Assembly: GCF_004010195.1 (NCBI RefSeq) | Contig: NC_057718.1 | Location: 70,353,382-70,397,569 of the forward strand | From: Chiloscyllium plagiosum | Taxonomy: Eukaryota | Reading direction: 5' to 3' | DNA: 44,188 nt | Shown: positions 24,173-35,431 of the stretch, piece by piece | How positions within the stretch are numbered: the first letter of the stretch is position 1 | Layout of the letters: every line of letters starts with the position of its first letter | Made by a program: the position numbers and the translations under genes | Notes under the pieces: generated by a model | Database searches by the model: none | Seen by the model: the letters and a program-made list of their open reading frames with translations, nothing else | Told to the model about the DNA's origin: nothing

Positions 24173-25112
24173 AGCCCTCAACGTGGTCTTTGACCCCAAT
24201 GTCTGACCCCACCTTTCTAGCGCTCCCGTAATTCTGGGTGGTATGCAGTAGATTTGAATTGCTTTGTTCCTAAGCTGTCCATAAGTTCCTTGAATAATTT
24301 TGATGTAAAGATTGATCCTTACTCTGATTGTATCTCTGTGGGTAGTCCATCTCTAATGAAAAATTTGAGTAACTCCTCTACAATCCTTTTCGCTATGATA
24401 GCGCATTATGGAACAACTTCTGGAAATCTAGTGGACACTAGATTATTGTAAACAAATTCTGATTCCCACGTTTTCCATGGTCAGGAAAAATCCCAGGATA
24501 TGCTTCCTCTAATAGCTCAGTTGCCTGAGTTTCTGCTGGCTTTTCAACCCTGGTAAGCAGCACTCCTACCTGTGAACCACCTACATCATCAACAAGGACA
24601 ATTTCTGTTCCTGGAGCTGAGAGTTTGTCTAGTACTCCTATCATGACTTTTCCACTCTTCACTGGAACTCTAACTTCACTCAACATAATTAAGGACTTCT
24701 TGTCTCACTGTGAATCCCTGTTACTAGCACTTTTTTTCTGGCGTAGTCCTTCAGAGGTATATTTCTCCTCATCTTTCAACATTAAAGGTTGAGAGGATCC
24801 TGTATCGCATAATATTGTAACCTCTTTACCTGCTGCTCCTGGCCCATGCAAGTAAACGTTAACTTCACAGGTATATGGTTGAAGAAGATCTGGCACTTCC
24901 TCCTTAACCAACCTCCAGGTTGTACATTCTGATGCAGCTTTTTAGCCTCCACTGCTCCAGAAAAAGCAACCCTACTTTATCTAACCTTTCCTTATAGCTC
25001 ATACCCTATAATTCAGGCAGCATCCTGGTAAACCTCTTCTGCATCCCTTTCAAAGCCTCCACATTCTTCCTGTAATGTTGTGACCAGAATTGAATGCTAT
25101 ATTCTAAGTGTG

Positions 25113-25666
25113 GAGAAAGTGAGGACTACAGATTCTGGAGATCAGAGCCGAGAGTGTGGTGCTGGAAAAGCACAACCAGTCAGGCACCATCTGAGGAGCA
25201 GGAGAATCGACATTTCGGGCAAAAGCCCTTCATCAGGAATGAGGCTTGTGAGCCGATGGATTGGAAAGATAAATCGGAGTGGGGTGGGGCTGGGGGGAAG
25301 GTAGCTGAGTGCGATAGGTAGATTAAGGTGGGGGTAATGGTGATAAGTCAGAGAGGGGAGTGGAGCAAATAGGTTGCAAGGAAGATAGACAGATAGGATG
25401 GGTCATGAGGGTGGTGCCAAGTTGGAAGGTTAGATCTGAGATAAGGTGGGGGAAAGGGAAATCAAGATACTGGTGAAATCCACATTAATCCCATGTGGTT
25501 AGTGGGTCCCAATGCGGAAGATGAGGTATTCTTCTCCAGGTGTCGGTTGGTTAGGGTTTGGTGATGGAGGAGGCCCAGGACCTGCATGTCCTTGGCAGAG
25601 TTGGAGGGAGAAGTGTTGGGCCACGGGATGGTGGGGTTGGTTGGTGTGGGTGTCCCAGAGACATCC
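25113..25666 (-). mobile_element. PLE 3' fragment (GIY-YIG C-terminus, UTR, hammerhead at 25209-25236)
   Basis: SAKDMQVLGLLHHQTL; 14-bp TSD ATA(T/C)TCTAAGTGTG at 25099-25112 and 25667-25680. Confidence 0.88.
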
Positions 25667-26106
25667 ATACTCTAAGTGTGCCTAACCAAAGTCTTATAAA
25701 GCTGCAACATGATATGCTGACTCTTGTACTCAATTCCTTACCAATAAAGGCAAGCATGTCATAAACCTTCTTTACCACCCTATCTACTTGTGTGGCCACT
25801 TTCAGGGAGCAATGGAATTGAACTTCAAGTTCCCTCTGTATGTCAATGCTGTTCAGGGTCCTGCCATTAACTATATTTTTCTCTGGACACTTGATCTCCA
25901 AAACTGCCTCACAATTACTCAGATTAAACGTCATCTGCCATTTCTCCACCTATATCTGCAGATGATCTATATCCTGCTGTATCCTTTGACAACCTTCTAC
26001 ACTATCCACAACTCCTCCGGTCTTTGTGTTGACTGCAAACTTACTAACCCCCCAGTTACATTTTCATCCCAATCATGACAGCAGAGGTCCCAGTATGGAT
26101 CCTTGT

Positions 26107-26410
26107 GGGCGGCACGGTGGCACAGTGGTTAGCACTGCTGCCTCACAGCGCCAGAGACCCGGGTTCAATTCCCGCCTCAGGCGACTGACTGTGTGGAGTT
26201 TGCACATTCTCCCCGTGTCTGCGTGGGTTTCCTCCGGGTGCTCCGGTTTCCTCCCACCATCCAAAGATGTGCAGGGCCAGGTGAATTGGCCATACTAAAT
26301 TGCCTGTAGCCTTAGGTAAGGGGTATGGGTGGGTTTCGCTTCGGCGGGTCGGTGTGGACTTGTTGGGCCGAAGGGCCTGTTTCCACACTGTAATCTAAAC
26401 TAAATCTAAT
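26107..26410 (+). mobile_element. HE1-type V-SINE, full length, young (CpG-rich)
   Basis: Intact box A/box B, V-domain and tail GGGCCGAAGGGCCTGTTTCCACACTGTAATCTAA. Confidence 0.95.
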
Positions 26411-26888
26411 CAAACCATTAGTCATTGACCGCCAGCCTGAAAAACACCCTCCTACCATTTCCCTCTGCCTTCTTGAAGCTAGTTCTGAACCTATTTGGCC
26501 AAGTCACTGTGGATCCCATGCATCTTAACCTCTGGATGAGCCTACGATGAGGGGTCTTGTCGAAGCCTTACTAAAATCCATGCAGAAAACATTCATTGCT
26601 CAACCCTTATTGATCACCTTCGTAACCTCCTCGAAAAATTTCATCATGTTAGTAATGCCGTACACAAAACCATACTGACTGTCTCTAATTAGGCCACTCT
26701 TTTCCAATTACACATAAATCCTTTCCCTCACAATTCTCTCTAAAAGCTTCCCAATCACTGAAGTAAGAGACACAGGTCTATTGTTTCCTGTATTATCCCT
26801 ATTTCCCTTCTTGAACAGAGGAACAAAATTAGCTACTCACCAGTCCTCCAGGACTTGTCCAGTGGCTAATGAGGTTACAAAGATCTTG

Positions 26889-27003
26889 AAGAAAGTGAAG
26901 ACTGCAAATGCTGGAGATCAGAGTCAAAATGTGTGGTGCATTAGGTCAGGCAATATCCGAGGAGCAGGAGAATCGACATTTCAGTCATAAGCCTGACAAA
27001 GGC
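26889..27003 (-). mobile_element. Mini PLE insertion
   Basis: PLE tail homology; perfect 14-bp TSD TTACAAAGATCTTG at 26875-26888 and 27004-27017. Confidence 0.8.
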
Positions 27004-27926
27004 TTACAAAGATCTTGGTCCATCGCTGCTCTTGCCTTTCTCAATAACCTGGGTTAGATACCATCAGGCCCTGGGGAACTTATCCTCATTAACATTCATT
27101 AAGAGACCCAACATTACTTCTTTCGTGATCTCAAAATGCCCTAACATATTTGCATGTTCCATAGTAATGTCACTATCCTCTATACTTTCTCATAGTTAAA
27201 TACTGATACAAAGTACTCATTTTGTGCCTTCAAGCACAAGTTCCCTCCTTTATCTTTGAGTGGTCCTACCTTCTCCCTCGTTATCATATTGTTTTTAATG
27301 TATGTATAGAATGCCTTGGGATTTTCTTTAAGTCTAATTGCCAAGGTAATTTCATCACCCTTCCTTGTTCTCCTAATTCCCTGGAGTTTTTGCCTATTTT
27401 ATTTATATTCATCACAGGCCCTGTCCAATTTTAACTTCCTAAATCTTACATATGCAAGGTAGGAGGAGACCTTGCAAGCGGTGGCATCCCCTTGTTTCTG
27501 CTGACTTGGTCGAGCTATAGGTATAAGCAGCCATGGGTTTGGAAGATGCTGTCTTAGGAACCTTAGTGAATTCCTGAAATGCATCCTGTATTTTTGTACT
27601 CATAGATCATGGGCAGCACTAGTTGGCCAACATTTATTGCCCATCCCTAGTTTCCCTTGAGAAGGTAGTGGTGAGCTACCTTCTTAAACCACTGCAGTCC
27701 TGCAGTTGACCCCAAATGCTGTCAGGGTGGGAATTCCAAAATTTTGACCTAGTGACAGTGAAGGAATGGCGATTTATTTCCAAGTCAGGATAGTGAATGG
27801 CTGAAGGGGAATTGCAGGTGGTGGTGTTTCCATGTATCTGCTGTCCTTGTCCTTCTAACTGGAAGTAGTTGTAGGTTTGGAAGCTGCTGTCTTGGTGAAT
27901 TTCTGCAGTGCATCTTGCAGATAATA

Positions 27927-28732
27927 GTTAAAAATCACCAACACCAGGTTATTGTCCAACAGGTTTATTTGTAAGCACTAGCTTTCAGAGCGCCGCTCCT
28001 TCATCAGGTGATTGTGAAGTATAAGATCATAAGACATATAATGTAGAGCAAAAGATTGCAGTGTCATACATTGATATATTGAACAAACCTGGATTGTTAA
28101 GTATTTCATCTTTTAGAAAGCAGGTTTTGGTTCATTAATATGTAAATCCCAGAACATTTTTTAAGTCACCTTCTCAAGATAACTTAAGGTTTTATAACAA
28201 AAAGTGACATCTAAGCTCAGACAATGCAATGTAAGGTCAGAGTCTGTTTGTATCCCAATCTTGAGTCAAATTGGTTCTATTTCCAATGTGGAATTTACAA
28301 AATATTACATGGATAGACTGCTTGCATTTACTGCTTGCAGATTGTGCATTTTTGAGCAAAATAAAATATATCAGTAAATGTAATTCTGCAAATACAAATT
28401 CACCCTATAGACTTATATGTGTGTGCGTGCGTGCGAGAGACAGAGAGAGAGATTGCGCATATGAGTGTGTGTATTTGTGTAAAGTGGGTGTCTGGTGTGA
28501 TGGAGTATAAGCATGTGAGAGGGTATGTGCATGCGCGAGAGTGTGGGGGGGGTATGTGTATGTGTGTATGAGAGAGAGCGTTTATATGAGAGTAGGTCTG
28601 CATGAGTGTGTAAGACTGTGTGAGTTGTGTGCATAATAGAGAGTATATAATGTAGTTGGGTCACTGTAGTGCAACATGAACCCAAGATCCCAGTTGAGGC
28701 CATCCTCATGGGTACCAACAGACTCTGACCTT
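27927..28732 (-). mobile_element. PLE 3' fragment with CA-rich 3' UTR, hammerhead (27976-28010) and AATAAA
   Basis: Minus strand GTHEDGLNWDLGFMLHY (GIY-YIG C-terminal GLN motif); CAC-CUGAUGA-A-GGAGC(GGC)GCUCU-GAAA-GC-UA-GUG. Confidence 0.82.
28415..28645. repeat. Degenerate (GT/GA)n low-complexity tract within the PLE UTR
   Basis: GTGTGTGCGTGCGTGCGAGAGACAGAGAGAGA... GTATGTGTATGTGTGTATGAGAGAGAG. Confidence 0.8.
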
Positions 28733-28865
28733 TGATTCCGGGAGATTCAAAGTGGTGATGCCGTTGAATGACAAGAGGTAATGGTTAGATTCTTTCTTGT
28801 TGGAGATTATCGTTGCCCAACATTTGCTTGGCACGAATGTTACTTGTCACTTGTCAGCCCAAGTC

Positions 28866-29788
28866 TGGGTAAGGTCCTAGGGAATGTTGCTGAACAAAGA
28901 GACCTTGGAAAACAGGTTCATAGCTCCTTGAAAGTGGAGTCACAGGCAGTTAGGATAGTGAAGAAGGCATTGGTATGCTTTCCTTTATTGGTCAGAGTAT
29001 TGAGTACAGGAGTTAGGAGGTCACGTTGCGGCTGTACAGGACATTGGTTAGGCCACTGTTGGAATATTGCATGCAATTCTGGTCTCCTTCCTATCGGAAA
29101 GATGTTGTGAAACTTGAAAGGGTTCAGAAAAGATTTACAAGGATGTTGCCAGGGTTGNNNNNNNNNNNNNNNNNNNNNNNNNNNNNNNNNNNNNNNNNNN
29201 NNNNNNNNNNNNNNNNNNNNNNNNNNNNNNNNNNNNNNNNNNNNNNNNNNNNNNNNNNNNNNNNNNNNNNNNNNNNNNNNNNNNNNNNNNNNNNNNNNNN
29301 NNNNNNNNNNNNNNNNNNNNNNNNNNNNNNNNNNNNNNNNNNNNNNNNNNNNNNNNNNNNNNNNNNNNNNNNNNNNNNNNNNNNNNNNNNNNNNNNNNNN
29401 NNNNNNNNNNNTGACCTTATAGAGGTTTACAAAATTATGAGGGGCATGGATAGGATAAATAGACAAAGTCTTTTCCTTGGGATCGGGGAGTCCAGAACTA
29501 GAGGGCATAGGTTTAGGGCGAGAGGGGAAAGATATAAAAGAGACCTAAAGGGCAACTTTTTCACGCAGAGGTTAGTACGTGTATGGAATGAGCTGCCAGA
29601 GGATGTGGTGGAGGCTGGTACAATTGCAACATTTAAGAGGCATTTGGACGGGTATATGAATAGGAAGGGTTTGGAGGGTTATGGGCCAGGTGCTGGTAGG
29701 TGGGAGTGGATTGGATAGGGATATCTAGTCGGTCTGGATGGGTTGGACCAAAGGGTCTGTTTCCATCCTGTACATCTCTATGACTCTA
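28866..29788 (+). mobile_element. CR1-clade LINE 3' fragment spanning a gap
   Basis: LYRTLVRPLLEYCMQFWSP..., DLIEVYKIMRGMDR..TRGH..FFTQR..WNELP; tail CTATGACTCT. Confidence 0.93.
29158..29411. other. Assembly gap (254 N)
   Basis: Run of N. Confidence 1.
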
Positions 29789-29879
29789 ATGTCCAAGACT
29801 TATTGCAGACTGGTCAGTGTGGACTTGTTGGCCAACTGGCCTGTTTCCACACTGTAGGGATTCTATGATAGGAATAGGA

Positions 29880-32800
29880 AGATAAGTAACATGAATATGT
29901 GGCTCATGGAAAGGTGTAGGAGGGAGGGTTTTACAGTTTTGGATCACTGGGACAGCTTCTGGGGTAGGTGAGACCTGTACAAGCTAGATAGGCTACACCT
30001 GAACCTTGCGGGATTTGTTTGTACTGTTGGGGAAATTTTAAACTAATTTGACAGGGATTAGGACACACAAGTTGTAAAGTTGGGAGCAAGGTCCAATCAG
30101 ATATAAAAGGAATGCTAGGACAGCCCAGGAGGTGGAAAGGACATGACAAGTTAAACATATGGAAAGTCCAGAAAGCTAAATTGCTTTAATGCAAGGTGCT
30201 TGACTGATTGGGCAGATGAACTTAGAGCATTGATCAGCACATGGGAATAAGATATTGTTATTATTATCACTGAGACACAGTTGAAGGAAAGGCAGGACTG
30301 GCAGTTCAACATTCGTGAGCATAGGTGCAATAAGGGGAGAAGTAAGCGAAGTGAAGGCATTGTATTATTCATAAAGGAGACCATCATTGCAGTAATGAAG
30401 GAGGATTTTCCGGAAAGGTCTTCAAATGAGGCCATCTCGGCAGAGCTTAAAAATAAAAATGGGCAGATACCTTGCTGGGATTATACTGCAGGCCTTCCAC
30501 CAGTTAGAGGGAGATAGAGTAGACATGTAGGCAAACCAAAGAAAGATGTGAGAGTTAAAGGATAAGAGGGGATTTCAACTTTGTTAACATTAAACTGGAG
30601 TCACCTTAGCGTGAAAGGATTAGATGGGTGGATTCTTAAAATTGCATCAGGAGAGCTTTTTGTGCTACTGTGTAGATAGTCCTACTACAGATGAGGCAAT
30701 GCTATACCTAATCCTAGGGAATTAAGTTGTTGAGGTTTCAGTGGACAAGCATTTTGGGGACAACGACTATTAGTCAGTAGGTTTAGGGAAAGGGTTGCGT
30801 AGAAGTTAAATTGCGGGAATGCCGATTTCAATTTCAATATCAATAGACATAATCTGCACAACATTGCAGGTAAGTCTACATTAGGAATGTGGGAGTTGTG
30901 TAACGTAGAATTAGTGAGAATGCAGGGCCTGCATCTTCCTCTAAGAATGAAGGCAAGGATAGCAGGCCCAAGGGACCATGGATACCAAGGAATATCAAGA
31001 GTTTGATAAAGAAAAAGGAAGCATGTGTCAGGTACAGCGTATTGAATCAAAGGAGATCCTTCAAAATTGTAGAGAATGTAGGGGATTACTTAAAAAGGAA
31101 ATTTGGAGCCAACGAGCAGCCACAAAATATCTTGGCAGATGGGTTCAAGGCAAACCTCAAGGCTATTTATGAACATATTAAGGGTAAGAATGGGAAAGAC
31201 TGGGAAAGAGTGGAGCCTATTGGAGAGCAAAGGGCCAACCTGTCTTAGATGAGGTCTTAAATGAATACTTTTCAGCTGTATTCACATAGGAGAAAGACAT
31301 TATAGCTAGCTATTTCAATCAAGATAGTGACGTTCTAAAGCATGTTGAAGCTTAATAAGGAGGAGAATTAGATGTTTTAATGGGCATAAGGGTACACAAG
31401 TCCTTAGGCCCTGATGGATTTATATGCCAGGCTACTGTGGGAGGCAAGGGAAGAGATTGCTGGGCTCTGGCAGAGACATTTAATATCTCACTGGTCACAG
31501 GTGAAGTGCCAGATGACTGGAGCTAATGTGGCTCCTTTGTTCAAGAAGTGCAGCAGGGCTAGGTCAGATAATTACAGACCAGTTGGTCAAAGGTGGAGAT
31601 ATTATTAGAACAAATTGTAAAGGATAGGATTAATCAATACTTGAATTGTCTGGGATTGATCAGGAATAACAGATTTGATAAAGGGAATTCTGTCTGACTA
31701 ATTTATTTGAGCTTTTTGAAAAGGTGAATAAATGTATTGATGAGGGTAATGCAGTTGATGCGGTTTACCTGGACTTCAGTAAAGACTTTGACAAGGGTGG
31801 CACAAGGAAGGCTGGTCCAGAAGATAACAGCCCATGGGATACAAGGCAAATTGACAAAGTGGATCCAAAATTAGCTTACAAATAGGAGGCAAAGGATGAT
31901 GGTTGAGTATTGCTTTTGTGATTGGATACCTGTGGCCAACTATGTACCATAAGGATCAATGCTAGGACTCTTACTGTTTGTTATGTACATTAATGACTTG
32001 GATGTGAATGTAGAAGATATAATTAGTAAGATTGCAGATGACATGAAAATTAGTGGTGTTGTTGATCGGAGGATGGTTTTAGTCTACAGTCTGATATTGA
32101 TAGGAAGGTAAATTGAGCAAAGCAATGGAATTTAATCCCAGTAAGTGTGAATTAATGCATTTCAGGAGATCTAATAAGGGAAGGACATACACAATAAATG
32201 GTAGGTACCCTGGGAGCATTGAGGAACAAAGGGACATTGGTGTACATATCCGTAGATCCTTGAAGGTGTCAGCACAAGTATACAGGGTTGTGAAGATAGC
32301 ATAAAGAATGCTTGCTTTCATTAGCCAGTGCATAAAATACAGGAGTAAGATAGTCTTGTTACATCTTTATAAAACATTTGGTTAAGGTAAAGATGGAATA
32401 CTGTATGCAGTTCTGGTTGCCACACCAATGGAAGAATATGATTGCACTGAAGAGGATGCAAGGAGGTTCACTAGGATGTTACTTTCATGAAAAGTCTCAA
32501 TTATGAGGAGAGTCTAGATTGGCTTTGTTTTCCTTGGAGCAGAGAAGGCTGAGGGGTAATCTGATTGCAGTAAACATAATTATGTGAGGCATAAACAGAA
32601 TAGGTTGTGAGAATGTTTTCCGCATGGCAGATGGACATACGTTTATGGTGAGGAGCAAGTTCTTTAGAGGAGATCGGAGAAAGAATTTTTTTCACCCAGA
32701 GGATGGTAGAAATATAGAATATGTTGCATGAGAAGGTGTTGGAGACTGATATTCTTGCAACATTTAAGAAGTAGCTGGATGAGCATTTAAAATCCCAGGG

Positions 32801-32880
32801 CATAGATAGTCAGCTCTGAACCAAGTGCAGGTGAATGAGATTAGTGTGTTTGGTGCACCGAATGATCTATGCTGTATAAT
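29880..32880 (+). mobile_element. Old long CR1-clade LINE (ORF1 esterase end, endonuclease, RT), heavily decayed
   Basis: LYKLDRLHLN (~29975-30005), CFNARCL, ITETQLKERQDWQFNI, GDFNF, YARLLWEAREEIAG, DNYRPV, EFNPSKCELMHF. Confidence 0.85.
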
Positions 32881-32959
32881 TTTCTCTCCTTCTTTAAATA
32901 AGGAATCTAATATTCCAGATATAGCTTCATCAATACAGCCCTTTACACCTGAACAACAA

Positions 32960-33092
32960 CCTCCCCACTTTTTAGGACATTTTCTAGCCAACCTGTTCAG
33001 AGCTGTATTACACACCTCTGGAGAAGGTGAGACTTGAACCCAAGCCTCCTGGCTTTGAGGCAGGGTCGTTACTATTGCATTACAAGAACCGC
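32960..33092 (-). mobile_element. Possible third tRNA-derived SINE head
   Basis: Minus strand GGTTCTTGTAATGCAATAGTAACGACCCTGCC...CTTGGGTTCAAGTCTC resembles box A/box B. Confidence 0.4.
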
Positions 33093-33214
33093 CTTCTTTT
33101 GTATTCATTCCACATATAACAAATGATTACAATCCATTAGTGCTACTAATTACTTGCTCTACCAACATAGTAACCTTCTGTGATTCACACACGAGGACAC
33201 AAGGAAAATGGGTT

Positions 33215-34121
33215 TAGAATGGTTAGGTCGAGAGTGTGGCGCTGGAAAAGCACAGCAGGTCAGGCAGCATCCGAGGAACAGGAGATTCGACTTTTTTGGG
33301 CATAAGCCCTTCATCAGGAATGATGGTTGTGGGTTGAGAGGCTGAGAGATAAATGCAAGGGAGTGGACCTGGGGGGAAGATAGCTGAGAATGTGATAGGT
33401 AGGTGAAAGTGGGGGAGAAGGTGATAGGTCAGAGAGGAGGGTGGAGTGGATAGATGAGAAGGTTGATAGATAGATCAAGAGAGTGGTGCTGAGTTGGAGG
33501 CTTGGGACTAGGTTAAGATGGGGGAGAGGGGAAATGAGAAAACTAGTGAAATCCACATTTATCCCGTGTGCTTGCAGGGTGCAAGATGGAAGATAAGGCG
33601 TTCTTCCCACAGGATCGGATGGTTTGGGTTTGGCCCAGGACCTGCATGTCCTTCTTGGAGTGGGAGGGAGAGTTGAAATGTTCAGCCATGGGGCGATGGA
33701 GTTCATTGGTGTGGACATCCCAGAGAAGTTCTGACACGATCTGCAAGTTAGCGTCTTGTCTCCCCGATGTAGAGAGACCACATCGGGTGCAATGGATACA
33801 AGTAAATGACGTTTGTGGGGGAACAAATAGATTTCTGTCAGATGTGGAAGGATCCTTTGGGGCATTGGAAGGAGGTGTGGACACAGATTTTGCATTTCCT
33901 GCAGTGGCAGGGGAAAGTGCCAGGAGTGGGGTGAGGGCTGCTGGGGAAGCGTGGATCTGACAAGAGAGTCATGGAGGGAATGGTCTCTCTGAAACACTGA
34001 TAGGGGTGGGAGGAAAATATATCCCTAGTGGTGAGGTCTGTTTGTAGATGGCACAAGTGACGGAGGATGATGCGATGTACACGGAGGTTAGTGGGATGAA
34101 ACGTGAGGACCATGGGGGTTC
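33215..34121 (-). mobile_element. PLE 3' fragment (Cys linker plus GIY-YIG, hammerhead at 33289-33317)
   Basis: VLTFHPTNLRVHRIILRH, PGTFPCHCRKCKIC, TCIHCTRCGL, PMAEHFNSPSHSKKDMQVLG. Confidence 0.9.
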
Positions 34122-34996
34122 CTAAGTATTTGCTGCCTTTGCCTTTGTAAATGGAAGTTGCCTTGGGTTTGGAAGCTTCTATTTAAGGGTTCGTGCTGTT
34201 CCGTTTCAGGTACAACTCATCAGTATTGCACAGGTCCCACCATCCCCAGAAATGAACCCAGTGATCAAGAAATCTAAAGCCCTCCCTTCTACTCCAACTT
34301 TTCAGCGACACATTCACCTGTTCTATCCTCCTATGCCAGTACTCATTTGCATGTGGCACCATGCAAAATTATTTAGTAGAATAGATAGAGGAAAAAGTAT
34401 GTTTAGTGGTTGAGTCAATAAAAAGATAAATTCAAACTCCTTCACAAACAAACTAGAAGTGGTACAAGAATTTGTTTCACTCACTGAGCATTTGGAATGT
34501 GTGATGCTGCACATTAAAAGGTGAAAGCTAATTATGTAAATAATTTTAAAACTTAGTTCAACAGGTAATAGTAAAAGAAACTTAGTGTTAACAGATGAAA
34601 AGTGGAGATGTAGGACTAAATAATCCTCTTTCAAAGAGCCAGCACATGCACAATAGGCCAAATGGCAGTCTGCTGTAATTTTCCATGAATAAATGGAGCT
34701 CATCAATCCCACATTATGCATAGGTCAAAGAATCAACAAATCAATATGATAACCCTGTTTGTCCCTTTGACAGCTCTATGAACAGATTAACATGGACTCA
34801 ATTTAGCTTTCTTTTGAAAGGAGCGCCTCAATTTGCACAACTCATTCTTTACTGCAGCATATGAATAATTAACTAACTTGTGATCTTTTGACCAAGCTGA
34901 CAGTTGGTATAAACACAGTAAATCATTAAAACCAGATTTTTAAAGTTTCCAGTGTCTCCTGGGGAAATCATCTTAATTTAAATATGTAGAGATCAA

Positions 34997-35431
34997 TTAG
35001 ATTCCCTACAGTATGAAACAGGCCATTCGGCCCAACAAGTCCACACCGACCTCCGAAGAGTAACCCACCCAGACCAATTTCCCTACCCTACATTTACCCC
35101 TGACTAATGCACCTAACACTATGGGCAATTTAGCATGGCCAATTTTTAAAAAGCTGTACTCTTTTTGAATGCAAAATATTCCTAAACTTTTATATAACCC
35201 ACCCAGACCAATTTCCCTACCCTACATTTACCCCTGACTAATGCACCTAACACTATGGGCAATTTAGCATGGCGAATTCACCTGACCTGCACATCTTTGG
35301 CCTGTGGGAGGAAACTGGAGCACCCAGAGGAAACTCATGGAGACAATATGCAAACTCCACACACAGTCACCTGAAGCAGGAATCAAACCCAGCTCCCCGG
35401 TGCTGTGAGGCAGCAGTGCTAACCACTGAGC
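34997..35431 (-). mobile_element. HE1-type V-SINE with internal duplication and templated insertion
   Basis: Reverse complement of HE1; 84-bp duplication 35061-35144 / 35195-35278. Confidence 0.9.

Larger units (their letters stand above)
19715..24950 (-). mobile_element. Decayed Gmr1-like Ty3/Gypsy LTR retrotransposon (PR-IN-RT-RH order), heavily interrupted
   Basis: Protease ILCDTGSSQ (24705..24911); integrase STRFPEVVP..GLPTEIQSE*GSIFTS..STAYHPE (~24230-24440) and GPY motif (~23490); RT SKLDLLRGYWQVPL, MPFGMKNAPATFQR, CIDDLLIFS (22607-22920); RNase H DASDVGVGAVLLQ, IEKETLSLVLAL (20350-20690). Confidence 0.88.
24960..27455 (-). mobile_element. CR1-clade LINE, degenerate, with three nested insertions
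   Basis: MEKWQMTFNLSNC..LKVATQVDRVVKK, PQGSILGPLL; colinear with other CR1 copies once the inserts are removed. Confidence 0.85.
27480..28865 (-). mobile_element. Second-family LINE fragments (27480-27925 and 28735-28865) split by a PLE
   Basis: 3' end homologous to 19173-19390; 28770-28865 minus gives QTWADK*QVTFVPSKC..SNKKESNH. Confidence 0.65.

Noticed and set aside
26107..26180. tRNA gene
   Set aside because: tRNA-derived SINE head (box A/B) continuing into the V-domain; not a stand-alone tRNA
28271..28718. His/Thr-rich ORFs 28400..28603, 28413..28718 and ORF 28271..28510
   Set aside because: Translations of a (CA/GT)n-rich PLE UTR
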